Positions 1-12,267 of a stretch of DNA of 64,000 bases are shown in pieces. The notes under the pieces are model-generated. The model was not told where the DNA came from. It searched no databases and was given only the letters and a program-made list of their open reading frames with translations. Numbering within the stretch: position 1 is the stretch's first letter; every line of letters starts with the position of its first letter. Source of the stretch: Acidobacteriota bacterium (GTDB taxonomy: Bacteria > Acidobacteriota > UBA890 > WLXD01). The stretch covers positions 416,001 to 480,000 of the forward strand of contig CAXWPH010000014.1 of the NCBI GenBank assembly GCA_963666055.2. Direction: 5' to 3'. The translations under genes were made by a program, and so were the position numbers.

Positions 1-66
1 TCCGCTCACGAAGTCGCGACGGTTGATTTCCCGGTTCATGCCCAGCTCACGATCGCTCTTCTTCAT
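1..66 (-). CDS. 5' end of an NAD(P)/FAD-dependent oxidoreductase (runs off the window); paralog of 39803..41767
   Basis: Minus strand reads MKKSDRELGMNREINRRDFVSG, near-identical to MSDRDLGMNRDITRRDFVNG at 41767; GAGGAG upstream. Confidence 0.75.
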   Translation of the reverse strand, partial: MKKSDRELGMNREINRRDFVSG

Positions 67-149
67 TTCATGTCTCCTCGAGCGTCAAGGTGGGGGCAGT
101 GAGACAGCGCCGCTGACGCAGTGATCGAAGAATTCCCTTGGGACAACAC

Positions 150-335
150 ACAGCTGTAAAAGTTTGCCGTGGCCAGGCGATCCCAGTCTACTAGATGCCC
201 AGACCGGGTCGATCCGGTGCCACTACGCTCCCGCGGTCCAGCAAGTTGCCGTTCTTCATTCCAAACTCGAAGGCCTCCTTGGGCATCGGCGCTTCGAAGT
301 ACCGGGTCCGCTCATTGGCAAGCATCAGGAGTTCG
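150..335 (-). pseudogene. C-terminal remnant of a mandelate racemase/muconate lactonizing enzyme family protein
   Basis: Minus frame LLMLANERTRYFEAP...VVAPDRPGLGI then a frameshift to VDWDRL (family C-terminal PGLG-x-x-D-W pattern); no start or N-terminus. Confidence 0.5.
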
Positions 336-430
336 ATTCGCGACGACCCGGCGTGCCCGCCTCTCCCGTGGACCCTCGATTGCCGCAGCGATAGGCTTCA
401 GGCGCTCACCCGCCCTACTTCGGGAGCGCC

Positions 431-3118
431 ATGGACCCCGGCACCAAACTAGGCCCCTACGAGATCACCGAGCTGCTCGGCGCGGGCGGCATGGGCGAGG
501 TGTATCTCGCCGAGGACACGCGCCTGGGCCGCAAGGTGGCCATCAAGGTGCTGCCCGCCGAGTTCGCCTCTGGCCCCGAGCGCCTCGCCCGCTTCGAGCA
601 GGAGGCACGAGCTGCCGCTGCTCTGAACCACCCGCACATCGCAGCCGTTCATGACGTAGGCGTCGAAGACGGCACCCACTTCATGGTGCAGGAGTACCTG
701 GAGGGCGACACGCTCCGGGAACCGCTGGGAAAGGGTGCGCTGCCGCTCAAGAAGGCGCTCGGTTTGGCCACCGAGATCGCCGAGGCTCTGGCAGCAGCAC
801 ATGCCGCCGGGATCATCCACCGGGATCTGAAACCGGAGAACATCTTCGTCACCAGACAGGGCCACGCCAAGGTGCTGGACTTCGGCCTGGCGAAGCTGAC
901 CGAGGTGGCCGCGACGGGTTCGCCCGACGATTTCACGCATTCACCCACAGCGATGGGCACTGCCGCCGGCCAGCTGATGGGCACTGCCGGCTACATGGCC
1001 CCGGAGCAAGTGGAGGGCTCCCCACAGATCGACCCATCGGGCCGATCTGTTCGCCTTCGGCTGCGTGCTGTACGAGATGGCCACGGGAACGCGACCCTTC
1101 GGTGGCAGGAACGTCGCCGAGGTTCTCCATCATCTGCTCAACAGCGAGCCCGAGCCGGTGAGCGACAGGCTACCACTGAAGCTGCAATGGACCCTCGACA
1201 AGTGCCTGGCAAAGGAGCCCGCTCGGCGCTACCAGCATGCCGATGATGTGGTGGTGGACCTGAAGGCGTTGGCCGGTGAGGTGGAGTCGGGTGCGGCACT
1301 TCCGACAACCCCTGTCGCCGTGGAAACGGCTCGCGGCATCCCATGGAAGCTGGCGGCCCCTGTGGCTGCCGCGCTCATGCTGGCGGTTCTTGCCACCTGG
1401 TGGACAATGCGACCGGAGCCCGGAAGCACCATCCGCCTGCAGCTCGACCCCCTCGTCGACACGATCCTGAGTCAGCTCGGCTCCGCAGTAGTGCTATCGC
1501 CCGATGGACGGCACGTTGCCTACGTCGAGGGTAGCAGGACGGGTGCAAGGGCGCTGTACCTTCGCGCTCTCGACCAGCAGGACTCGACGACACTCGCGTC
1601 GTCGGCAACCAGCGCGGGTTCGCCGTACCATCCCTTCTTCTCGCCCGACGGGCAGTGGGTAGGCTTTTCCACCACCACGGAGCTGAAGAAAGCGTCCATA
1701 GCCGGAGGCCCCCCGCAGTCGATCGCGCCGGTGGACCGTAACCGAGGTGCGGATTGGGGGCCCGACGATACGATCGTCTTCGCACCAACCTCCGCCAGCG
1801 GCCTGTCTCTCGTGTCGGCTGTCGAGGGTGAGCCGGGATCGCTCACCGAGCTTTCCGAGGGCGAGCGCAGCCACCGCTGGCCCCAGTTCTTACCCGGCGG
1901 AAAGGCCGTGCTATTCACTTCGGCGGAGACCGAAGACTTCGACAGGGCCAACCTCGAGGTCGTAGATCTCGAGACCGGCGAGCGCCAGGTCGTGCACCGG
2001 GGCGGCACCTACGGCCGATATGTGCCGACGGGCCATCTGGTGTATTCAAACGCCGGAGCGTTGTTCGCGGTGCCCTTCGACCTCGATACCTTGGAGACGA
2101 CCGGCTCGCCGCTACCCGTCGTCGAGAACCTCGCCGCCGACGCTGGAGGCGGGGTCTCGTTCGACTTCTCCGACACCGGGATGCTCGTCTATCACATGAG
2201 GGGTGGCGGCGCTTCGAGCGGTTTCCAACTCGCCTGGGTGGATCGTGACGGCCAAGTCGAGCCGCTGCCCTTCGAGCCGCGTCAGTCTCGGTACTTGGAC
2301 CTCTCGCCGGATGACCAGCGCATCGCGCTCCAAATCCCCGGAGATGATGGGGAGTGGGACATCTGGATCTACGAGGTTGAGCGAGGAGGTAGCCAGGTAC
2401 TGCTGACCACGGAGGGCAGCAACCAATTGCCCGTTTGGTCGCCCGATGGAGAGTGGGTCTTCTTCAGGTCGGATCGGGGTGGCGATAACGACATCTGGAA
2501 GCGCCGGGCTGACCGGAGTCTCGACGCCGAGCTGGTGTTGGATACAGAGGCTCCCGTGCACCCGTCGTCGATCTCGGACGACGGTGAGATGCTGCTATTT
2601 GTCAGCGGCCCCCAAGAGAGTCGTGACGTGGGGATACTGGCTCTCGATACAGGTGATACGGAATTGTTGGTCGATACCGCCGCCAATGAGGATTGGCCCA
2701 GTTTCTCGCCGGACGGTCGCTTCTTCGCCTTCATGTCGGGCGAGACCGGGCAATACGAGGTGTACGTGCGGGAGGTATCGAGCGGTCGGACATTTCCGGT
2801 CTCTACGAGTACCCGTGGTGGTGCTATCCCTCGCTGGTCACGGGATGGAAGGGAGATTTACTACCGCTCCCCCGTAAGCTCAGGCATCCTCGTTGCGGAA
2901 GTGGATTTGGAGTCGTTTTCCGCATCCGACCCTGTCGAAGTCTCGGACATCGTCATGCATGCAGTGTCCAACTTCGATGTCACCGCCGATGGCCAGAAGT
3001 TCCTGGTGACGGTGCCCGTTGGTACTGATGAGACTGGGGGCACGGCACCCAGCACACGACTCAACGTCGTCCTCAACTGGTTCGAGGAATTGAACCGGCT
3101 CGTGCCGACCGGCGGCTC

Positions 3119-3122
<4 letters not shown>
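431..3122 (+). CDS. Ser/Thr protein kinase with TM segment and TolB/PD40 beta-propeller; frameshift near 1033
   Basis: ORF 431..1246 has [30 protein letters not shown]; extra C in GACCCATCGG breaks [10 protein letters not shown]; ORF 1065..3122 continues with LYEMATG, a TM helix and SPDG repeats. Confidence 0.9.
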
Positions 3123-5695
<2,573 letters not shown>

Positions 5696-5749
5696 CGGTT
5701 ACCTATCGTTGTCCCGGATTCTCTGCCGTTGGATCTCGTACGCCCTGAC

Positions 5750-5902
5750 GATACGCTTCAGACGCTCACCCACCCCTCTGGGAGCGCCATGGAACCCGGC
5801 ACCAAACTAGGCCCCTACGAGATCCTCGAGCAGCTCGGTGCAGGCGGCATGGGAGAGGTGTACCTGGGGGCTTCCGTTATCGCATTGGCCACGGGTCACT
5901 AG
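5750..5902 (+). pseudogene. Truncated third kinase start; direct repeat of ~390-510
   Basis: GGGAGCGCCATGGAACCCGGCACCAAACTAGGCCCCTACGAGATC matches 422-465; [26 protein letters not shown], then unrelated sequence and TAG at 5900. Confidence 0.85.
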
Positions 5903-6109
5903 AATCCAGAATCAAGTTTCATAGTCCAAAATCGACGCGCGAGGCCCCGGGGGAGCGTGGTAGTAACGGAGATTTACGTGCACAAGGACGAACGCAAGCT
6001 ACGCCTTGGGATGGCGCAGCGAAGCGCAGAATTGAGCAGCCAAACACATGCCGCTGGCACTGATTTGGCCCCAGAAACCGAACGAGCCTTTAGCGACGGG
6101 TAACGACGC

Positions 6110-6412
6110 TTACCAGCGGTTGACCACCTTGCGCTCGTCCTTTTGGTGTTCCACTTCGGCAAAGGCATTATCGCCGCCGGCGTCGAGGAAGTCCTCGAGA
6201 GCCGATAGACGGAACCGCCATTGACGGCCGACGCGCGTTGCCGGGATACGTCCCGCCTTCGCCATCCGATACACCGTCGACTTGTTGATGCGGAGCATGT
6301 CCGCAACATCTTCGACGGTCATGAACTCGCCAAGAACACGCAGCGACCGCGGCCGCGCCTGCTCGTCGTACTGGCTGTCTCTTGCTCGTTTCATGTCGTG
6401 CCTCCTATCCAC
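6110..6412 (-). CDS. Excisionase-like helix-turn-helix DNA-binding protein (HTH_17 type)
   Basis: FMTVEDVADMLRINKSTVYRMAKAGRIPATRVGRQWRF pattern. Confidence 0.88.
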   Translation of the reverse strand: MDRRHDMKRARDSQYDEQARPRSLRVLGEFMTVEDVADMLRINKSTVYRMAKAGRIPATRVGRQWRFRLSALEDFLDAGGDNAFAEVEHQKDERKVVNRW

Positions 6413-8780
6413 TCGCTGTCTGGATGTCCGTGTGGTTGGGAACGTCGCTGTCGCTGACCGCCACTTGCAGGTACTCTCGCGCCACTAGGTCAAGGAACGC
6501 GCGCGCGACCTGCGGGTTCCAGTGTCGTCCGATCTCCTGTTCGATGAAGCCGCTGGCGCGGCGCATGCTCATCGCCGGGCGCTGCGCACGCGCTGATATC
6601 AAGGCGTTGTAGACGTCGCAGATACCGACGATCTGGGCGCCGAGCGGAATAGCGTCGCCCGCCAGGCGGCGCGGGTAGCCGCTGCCATCCCAGCGCTCCT
6701 GGTACGCACCCACGATATCCGCGACTTCGCTGAGTCCCGGCAAGGATGCCAAGATGTCGGCGCCCTCTCCGGGCACTCGCTCGACGATGCCGCGCTCGTC
6801 GGCGCTGAGCTCGCCTTCCTTGGTGAAAACCTCGGCCGGCAGCTTGATCTTGCCAATATCGTGCAGATGTCCGCTAATCTCCACCGTCAGGCCGTAGTCT
6901 TGAGATAGTCGCAGCTCGCGGGCCAGCTGGCCACAGAGCCGAGACACCTGCAACGAGTGCTCCTCGCTGTGCGGGTCGAAGAGCTCAACCGACTCCATCA
7001 GCGCGGCGATAGTTTCGCGCACCGCCGGCGCCTGAAGGCCAAGCATTGACCGACGCTTCAGCTCCCCGAGCTGCTCGTTGAAGCTCTCGATGGCATTCGG
7101 AACGATTCGACGCGTCTGCACATGGACAACCGCTTCGTAGAGCTCCGCCTCGTCCTGATCGAGCTCGGCCATGCGAATGCGATGACCGCCGCGGCCCTTG
7201 GCCAGATACATGGCCTGATCGGCTGCCTCGAGCAGCGTTTCGACCGTGTCTCCGTTGCCGGGGAACTCGGCGATTCCGATCGAGGCCCGAACGTTGAACG
7301 GCGCGTCCCACTCGAGCCCCGACAGCTCGTTGAGCATGTTCTTGAGCTCCTGCTTGGCATCGGCGCGTGAACCGTGCACCAGCGCCACGAACTCGTCACC
7401 GCCGTAGCGGCACATCGCCAACGCGTCGGGGAAGGTGTTGCGGAGGCGGTCGCCCAGCTCGGTAATGGCGCGGTTCCCGGCCATATGGCCGTGTTTGTCG
7501 TTGACCTGTTTGAGGTTGTCCATGTCGATCACCGCGATGGTAAGCGGCGCCAAGGTCCGCGCGTTCTCGGCCGACAGGGTGTTCTCCGCCTCCTCGGTGA
7601 ACGCCTGGAAGTTGAGCAGGCCGGTCAACCCGTCGATACGGCTTTGCTGTCGAAGCTGTTGCAACAAGCCGCGGCCGCGGATGAACGACGCAGTCATCAA
7701 TGCCGACGCCCAGCAGAAGTCGCGCTCCTCGTCGTCGAAGACACGGTCGGCCTTGCGATCACGCAGATAGAACGCGCCGAACACCTGCTCGTTGGCCTTG
7801 ATCGGCACCACCAGGAAGCTGTTGAAGGAGCTCGCGTTCGGCAGGAAGGTGGTTACCTTCGCCCACAGCTCCTCGGGCTCACCGCGACGAAACTCGGTGA
7901 TCTCGCCATGCGCCAGGGTTTCCTGAAGCTCGGGGTATTCGCGGATCTTGATGGGGCGAACCTCCACCGAGGAGTCATCGCTGCTGGCGGCCACGTAGCC
8001 GGTCTCGTCGTCGCCGCTGAACACCACCAGCGAGCACCGATCCACACCCACACCCTTTTGCACACGCTTGCTGATCTCGAACAACACGTCGCTGTCAGAG
8101 GCGGCGGCACCCACCAGGCCAAGACGTCCGATCTCCGATAGTGCGCGCAGCCGGTACTTGTCGCGCGCCAGTGAGCGCGCATGCACGGACACCGATTGCA
8201 TTCGAGTGGCGATCGTCTGGGCGCGACGCTTGTGACGCTTGGCCTCGTCGCCGATCAAGGCGAAGACAAACCCCAGCCCGCACAGGAAACCGAGCCGCAC
8301 CAGGTATTGCGGATCGGTGAACACCTCGTTGCCGACCTCGCGAAACAGCAGCGCACCGTAGATCGCCGCCACCAGCAGGCTGTGAGCGCCGGCGGCGACC
8401 GGACCCAGGCTCTGGGCGGCGAACGTCACCACCACCAGGTAGACGAGGAAGAACTCCGTGGAGGCGTTCTCCACCAGAACGATCGCCCCCGAAACGATGC
8501 CGATGTCGATCAGTGACACCAGGCTACGCAGCGCCTTGCTGCGGTTCTTGTGAAGCGCCCAGGTGGCCAGCAACGTAAAGCCCAACACCCCGCCCACGAA
8601 GCTCTGCTTGAGCGCCGGCACGATCGTGTCGGGGGCGTAAAAGAGGACGGTGTAGCAGACCGCGAGAGCGAGCACCCAACGCGCGATCAGCACCGGATTG
8701 CTGACCAGCCGGGCAGCCTCGGGCTCGGCGTCTAGCATCTCACCGAATGCCAGCTTCTCTTTGGATTGCTTCCTGTTCAT
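6405..8780 (-). CDS. Membrane GAF + GGDEF diguanylate cyclase with C-terminal HD-GYP-like domain
   Basis: N-terminal TM helices, GAF-like segment, DGLTGLLN...DMDNLKQVND...RYGGDEF, then HDIGK...ERWDGSGYP. Confidence 0.9.
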   Translation of the reverse strand: MNRKQSKEKLAFGEMLDAEPEAARLVSNPVLIARWVLALAVCYTVLFYAPDTIVPALKQSFVGGVLGFTLLATWALHKNRSKALRSLVSLIDIGIVSGAIVLVENASTEFFLVYLVVVTFAAQSLGPVAAGAHSLLVAAIYGALLFREVGNEVFTDPQYLVRLGFLCGLGFVFALIGDEAKRHKRRAQTIATRMQSVSVHARSLARDKYRLRALSEIGRLGLVGAAASDSDVLFEISKRVQKGVGVDRCSLVVFSGDDETGYVAASSDDSSVEVRPIKIREYPELQETLAHGEITEFRRGEPEELWAKVTTFLPNASSFNSFLVVPIKANEQVFGAFYLRDRKADRVFDDEERDFCWASALMTASFIRGRGLLQQLRQQSRIDGLTGLLNFQAFTEEAENTLSAENARTLAPLTIAVIDMDNLKQVNDKHGHMAGNRAITELGDRLRNTFPDALAMCRYGGDEFVALVHGSRADAKQELKNMLNELSGLEWDAPFNVRASIGIAEFPGNGDTVETLLEAADQAMYLAKGRGGHRIRMAELDQDEAELYEAVVHVQTRRIVPNAIESFNEQLGELKRRSMLGLQAPAVRETIAALMESVELFDPHSEEHSLQVSRLCGQLARELRLSQDYGLTVEISGHLHDIGKIKLPAEVFTKEGELSADERGIVERVPGEGADILASLPGLSEVADIVGAYQERWDGSGYPRRLAGDAIPLGAQIVGICDVYNALISARAQRPAMSMRRASGFIEQEIGRHWNPQVARAFLDLVAREYLQVAVSDSDVPNHTDIQTASG

Positions 8781-8859
8781 CGGGGCTGGCCCTTGCTGGA
8801 GTCTGGAGTGCTAAGGGGAGTACCTTTGTGCATTGGACAGGAAGATAGCTGAAAAGGCT

Positions 8860-8935
8860 TTCTTAGCTCAAGCTTATTCTTTAGTAGTTTATATTAATCT
8901 TTAATCTTCAAATCTTATTTTTAATAACTAGAACA
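8860..8935. promoter_or_regulatory. Strongly AT-rich tract upstream of the GGDEF gene with three AATCTT copies
   Basis: 8871-8930 has only 10 G/C in 60 nt; AATCTT at 8896, 8903 and 8911. Confidence 0.45.
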
Positions 8936-9188
8936 GATCATAACAGCGCACAGAGGCACCCATCCGCGGCGCTTGGTGGCCGCGTACGTCGTGGCAGGCC
9001 CGTTGTTGGCCGCTCCTGACCGTCGATGCCGCACCATCGGCGCGGCCGGCGTCAGAACGCCTTCAGATAGGTCAGCTTGACCACGCCGGTGCGGCGACGC
9101 CACAGCGTCTGGCGCGGATCGATGAGATCACGGGCAAGTGGCGGCGAGAGCTGCCGGCTCCGACGCCGGCGCGCTGCGGCAAAGCGTC

Positions 9189-10400
9189 TCAGTCGTAGCG
9201 CAACGCCTCGATCGGGTCGAGCCGCGAGGCCCGACGCGCCGGGTAGAAGCCGAAGACGATGCCGATGAGGGCCGAGAAGCCGAAGGCCAGGCCGACGGAG
9301 TTGGCCGACACCAGCATCTGCCAGCCGGCCGACTCGGCCATTTGCTGCGAGGTGAAGTAGCCCAGGGCGATGCCCATCGCGCCACCGAGACACGACAGCG
9401 CGATGGCCTCGATGAGGAACTGCAGCTGGATGCTGCTGCGGCGCGCCCCGATCGCCTTGCGGATGCCGATCTCACGGGTGCGCTCGGTAACCGACACCAA
9501 CATGATGTTCATGATGCCGATGCCACCCACAATCAGGCTCACCCCGGCGATGCCGGCGAGCAGGAAGGTGAAGCTCTCGGTGGCCGACTGCATGACGTTG
9601 AGAAACTCGGTTTGCCGGGTGATCGAGAAGTCGTTTTCGACCCCCGGGCGCAGCCGATGCTGGCGTCGCAGGATGCTCTCGATCTCCGCCATCGCCATGG
9701 TGAGGTGCTCTTCCGACAGCGCCTCCACGGTCATCGAGCTGATCAGCTCGGTGCCGAACAGCCGCCGCTGGGCGGTGGACATGGGGATGATGATGATGTT
9801 GTCGCGCGAGAAGAACGAGCTGCCGCCCTTCTCGCCCATCACGCCGATCACCTCGAAGGCGATGCTCTGGATGCGCAGCTCCTCGCCAATCGGATCGATG
9901 TTGGGCGGGAAGATAGTGGTGGCCGCCTCCGAGCCCAGCACCGCCACCCTTCGATGGCCCTCCTGCTCGGTGGGGGTGAAAAAGCGCCCCGCGGCCAGCG
10001 GCCAGTTCTCCATACGCAGGTAGTCGGCCCAGGTGCCGGTGATCGAGCTGGTGCCCTGGGTGTTCTTCCACTCCACTTGAACATTGTTGCGCGACAGCGA
10101 CGGCACCACCGCCTCGATCGAGGTGGCCTTCTGCTGCACCGCGTACGCATCTTCGACCTTCATCTGCGCGCCACGGTGCGAGAAGCCGCGGCGAAAACCG
10201 GAGCCGGCGCGCACCGTCAGACGGTTGGCACCCAGGCCAGCGAGCTGGTCTTGCACCGATGCCTGCGCCCCCTCGCCCAGCGCCACCATGGTGATCACCG
10301 CCGCCACACCGATGATCACCCCCAACATGGTGAGCATCGAGCGCATCAGGTTGGTGCGCAGCGAGGTGAGCGCCACGATGAGGATCTCGAAGCCGAGCAT
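9189..10400 (-). CDS. MacB/FtsX-family ABC transporter permease
   Basis: RSMLTMLGVIIGVAAVI and [29 protein letters not shown] motifs; ends PARRASRLDPIEALRYD. Confidence 0.93.
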   Translation of the reverse strand: MLGFEILIVALTSLRTNLMRSMLTMLGVIIGVAAVITMVALGEGAQASVQDQLAGLGANRLTVRAGSGFRRGFSHRGAQMKVEDAYAVQQKATSIEAVVPSLSRNNVQVEWKNTQGTSSITGTWADYLRMENWPLAAGRFFTPTEQEGHRRVAVLGSEAATTIFPPNIDPIGEELRIQSIAFEVIGVMGEKGGSSFFSRDNIIIIPMSTAQRRLFGTELISSMTVEALSEEHLTMAMAEIESILRRQHRLRPGVENDFSITRQTEFLNVMQSATESFTFLLAGIAGVSLIVGGIGIMNIMLVSVTERTREIGIRKAIGARRSSIQLQFLIEAIALSCLGGAMGIALGYFTSQQMAESAGWQMLVSANSVGLAFGFSALIGIVFGFYPARRASRLDPIEALRYD

Positions 10401-10420
10401 TAGCGCGCTCTCCTAGGCCA

Positions 10421-12100
10421 TCAACGACGGCTCGTGCCGGGGATCGAGCTGAAGCGCGAGAAGCGGTCGCGCAACGCCTGCTGCGACATCAACAGCGACG
10501 TGGAGGGCAACAGCACCACCTCGTCGCCGGGCCGCAGCCCGGAGACGATCTCGGTGAACTCCCAGTCCTGCACACCCATCATTACCTGGCGCGGCGCGAT
10601 CTGGCCGTCGGCCATCACAAACACCACCGCCGGCTGCGGCGCGCGACCGATACCGAACGCGTCCATCGACACGGTGTTTCCGGCCCGATCGTTACCCCCT
10701 GTCCCGCCGTCGAACCCGCCGTCGCCATGGTCATCGCCGCCGGGCCCTCCACCGCCGGGCCGGCCGCCTGAGCCGCCGTCGGGACGCGAGTTGCCACCCC
10801 CGCGGTTGCCGAAGCGCGACCCCATCTGCTGACGCATCTGGGTACGCTGCTTGTCGGTGAGGTTGTCCATGTACTTGCGGCGCTCTTCCTGGCTCATCGA
10901 GCGCATCTTGCTGAAGTCGAAGTCCTCTTCCTTGCCGTCTTCCTTGTCGCCGGCGCCCGAACCAGCGGAGTCCGCGCCGGGTTGCGCAACGGCGTTGCCG
11001 CGCTCCCCCGGCCCCGCCTCGTCGGCGTAGGCGGCGTTGGCCACCAAACCGCCGGCCGGCGGCTGGCGATCGTCGTCGGCCATGTTCCTGCTGCCCGAGC
11101 GCAGCTGATCCTCATCGAACGGAATGCCCAGCAAGCCCGCCACGGTGCCCGCATCGCGCATCGTCTTCACCGACTCGTTGGGCACCGCGATCACCTCATT
11201 GCGCCGGTGGATCACCACCTCCACATCGGCGTTCATGCCCGGCAGCAGCAAGCCGTCGCGGTTGGAAACGCGCGACAGCACCGGAAACGTCGTCACCTGG
11301 TTCTGCACCACCGCCTGCGGCTCGATCTTGATCACCTCGCCGATGAACGTGCGCTCCGGATACGCCTCCACGGTCATCTCCACCGGCAATCCCGGCTTCA
11401 CCCGGCCGATGTCGATCTCGTCGACCAGGGTGCGCACCTCCAGCACCGTCAGGTCGGCCATCTCCACCAGCGTGGTGCCGCCCTGCACGCTGTTGACCGA
11501 CGACTGGATGATCACGCCCTGCTCCACCGTCTTGCTGATAATCGTGCCGGCGCTGGGCGCCCGCACCGTGGCGTCGTCGAGGCGCTCCTCGCGCAGCTTG
11601 ATCTCCGCCTGGGCGCGCAGCAGGCTGCCCTTGGCGGTGGTGTAGTTCTGCTCCGAGGTATCCAGGTCCTGCATCGAAACCAGGTCCTGCTCCGACAGCG
11701 CCTGGGCGCGGTTGTACTGCCGCTCCGACACATCCAGACGAACCTGGGCCGACTCCAGGTCGGCCTGCGCCTGCGCCAGCTCCTGATCGAGCGTCTCGGT
11801 GTCGATCTGGGCAATCAGCGCGCCGGCTTCAATCCGATCGCCGAGCTCGGCCGGCATGCTGAGAATCTCCCCCGCCGCCTTGCTCTTCACCTGCACGATG
11901 CGCACCGGCCGCAGCGTGCCGGTGGCCGACACGCTCACCGTAATATCGCGAATCTCCGCCGCTTGAGTAGGAACCTCACCCAGCCCCTCCTCCTCCTCGG
12001 CAGCCTGGCGCTCCTGCCAGTACATCCAGCCGAAGTAGCCCACCCCGGCCACGATGGCCAGCGTGACTACCTGCTTGAGTAGCTTGATGACAGTCTTCAC
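10421..12100 (-). CDS. MacA-like efflux periplasmic adaptor (membrane fusion protein)
   Basis: N-terminal TM, ATGTLRP..VQVKSKAAGEI, coiled coil, VDEIDIGRV, LLPGMNADV; Gly-rich insert. Confidence 0.9.
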   Translation of the reverse strand: MKTVIKLLKQVVTLAIVAGVGYFGWMYWQERQAAEEEEGLGEVPTQAAEIRDITVSVSATGTLRPVRIVQVKSKAAGEILSMPAELGDRIEAGALIAQIDTETLDQELAQAQADLESAQVRLDVSERQYNRAQALSEQDLVSMQDLDTSEQNYTTAKGSLLRAQAEIKLREERLDDATVRAPSAGTIISKTVEQGVIIQSSVNSVQGGTTLVEMADLTVLEVRTLVDEIDIGRVKPGLPVEMTVEAYPERTFIGEVIKIEPQAVVQNQVTTFPVLSRVSNRDGLLLPGMNADVEVVIHRRNEVIAVPNESVKTMRDAGTVAGLLGIPFDEDQLRSGSRNMADDDRQPPAGGLVANAAYADEAGPGERGNAVAQPGADSAGSGAGDKEDGKEEDFDFSKMRSMSQEERRKYMDNLTDKQRTQMRQQMGSRFGNRGGGNSRPDGGSGGRPGGGGPGGDDHGDGGFDGGTGGNDRAGNTVSMDAFGIGRAPQPAVVFVMADGQIAPRQVMMGVQDWEFTEIVSGLRPGDEVVLLPSTSLLMSQQALRDRFSRFSSIPGTSRR

Positions 12101-12267
12101 CGCCCCACCTCGAGGAATGGAGATTGTGCGTCAGGAGAGGAAACCCCGATGACAATAGCGTGCCTGGTGGCATGGTGGGGGCACAAGTTAAGAGGTGTAA
12201 AGAGTTGTAAAGACGAGCACAAGTCCCCACAGCTCTCCGTCCACAAGGATGAGCTGGTCGGTCTTTC

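Noticed and set aside
1030-1045. Programmed ribosomal frameshift in kinase 1
   Set aside because: No slippery heptamer seen; it is a single extra C within a conserved kinase motif, like the other indels in the window.
6110-6412. Excisionase as a prophage marker
   Set aside because: No phage structural, replication or intact integrase genes nearby; HTH_17 proteins are often stand-alone regulators.
10680-11050. Gly/Arg-rich low-complexity stretch in macA as a repeat element
   Set aside because: In-frame disordered insert common in such adaptor proteins; no discrete nucleotide repeat unit.
9138-12082. Long plus-strand ORFs 9138..10403 and 10982..12082 (and similar ones such as 18046..19356, 21994..23238, 25513..26955, 49819..50853)
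   Set aside because: Antisense or alternate-frame shadows of well-supported genes in high-GC DNA; no recognisable motifs.
11976-12267. C-terminal extension of the CHAT ORF overlapping macA
   Set aside because: Artifact of the frameshift at ~12376; the canonical CHAT ending is in the other frame and stops at 12268.
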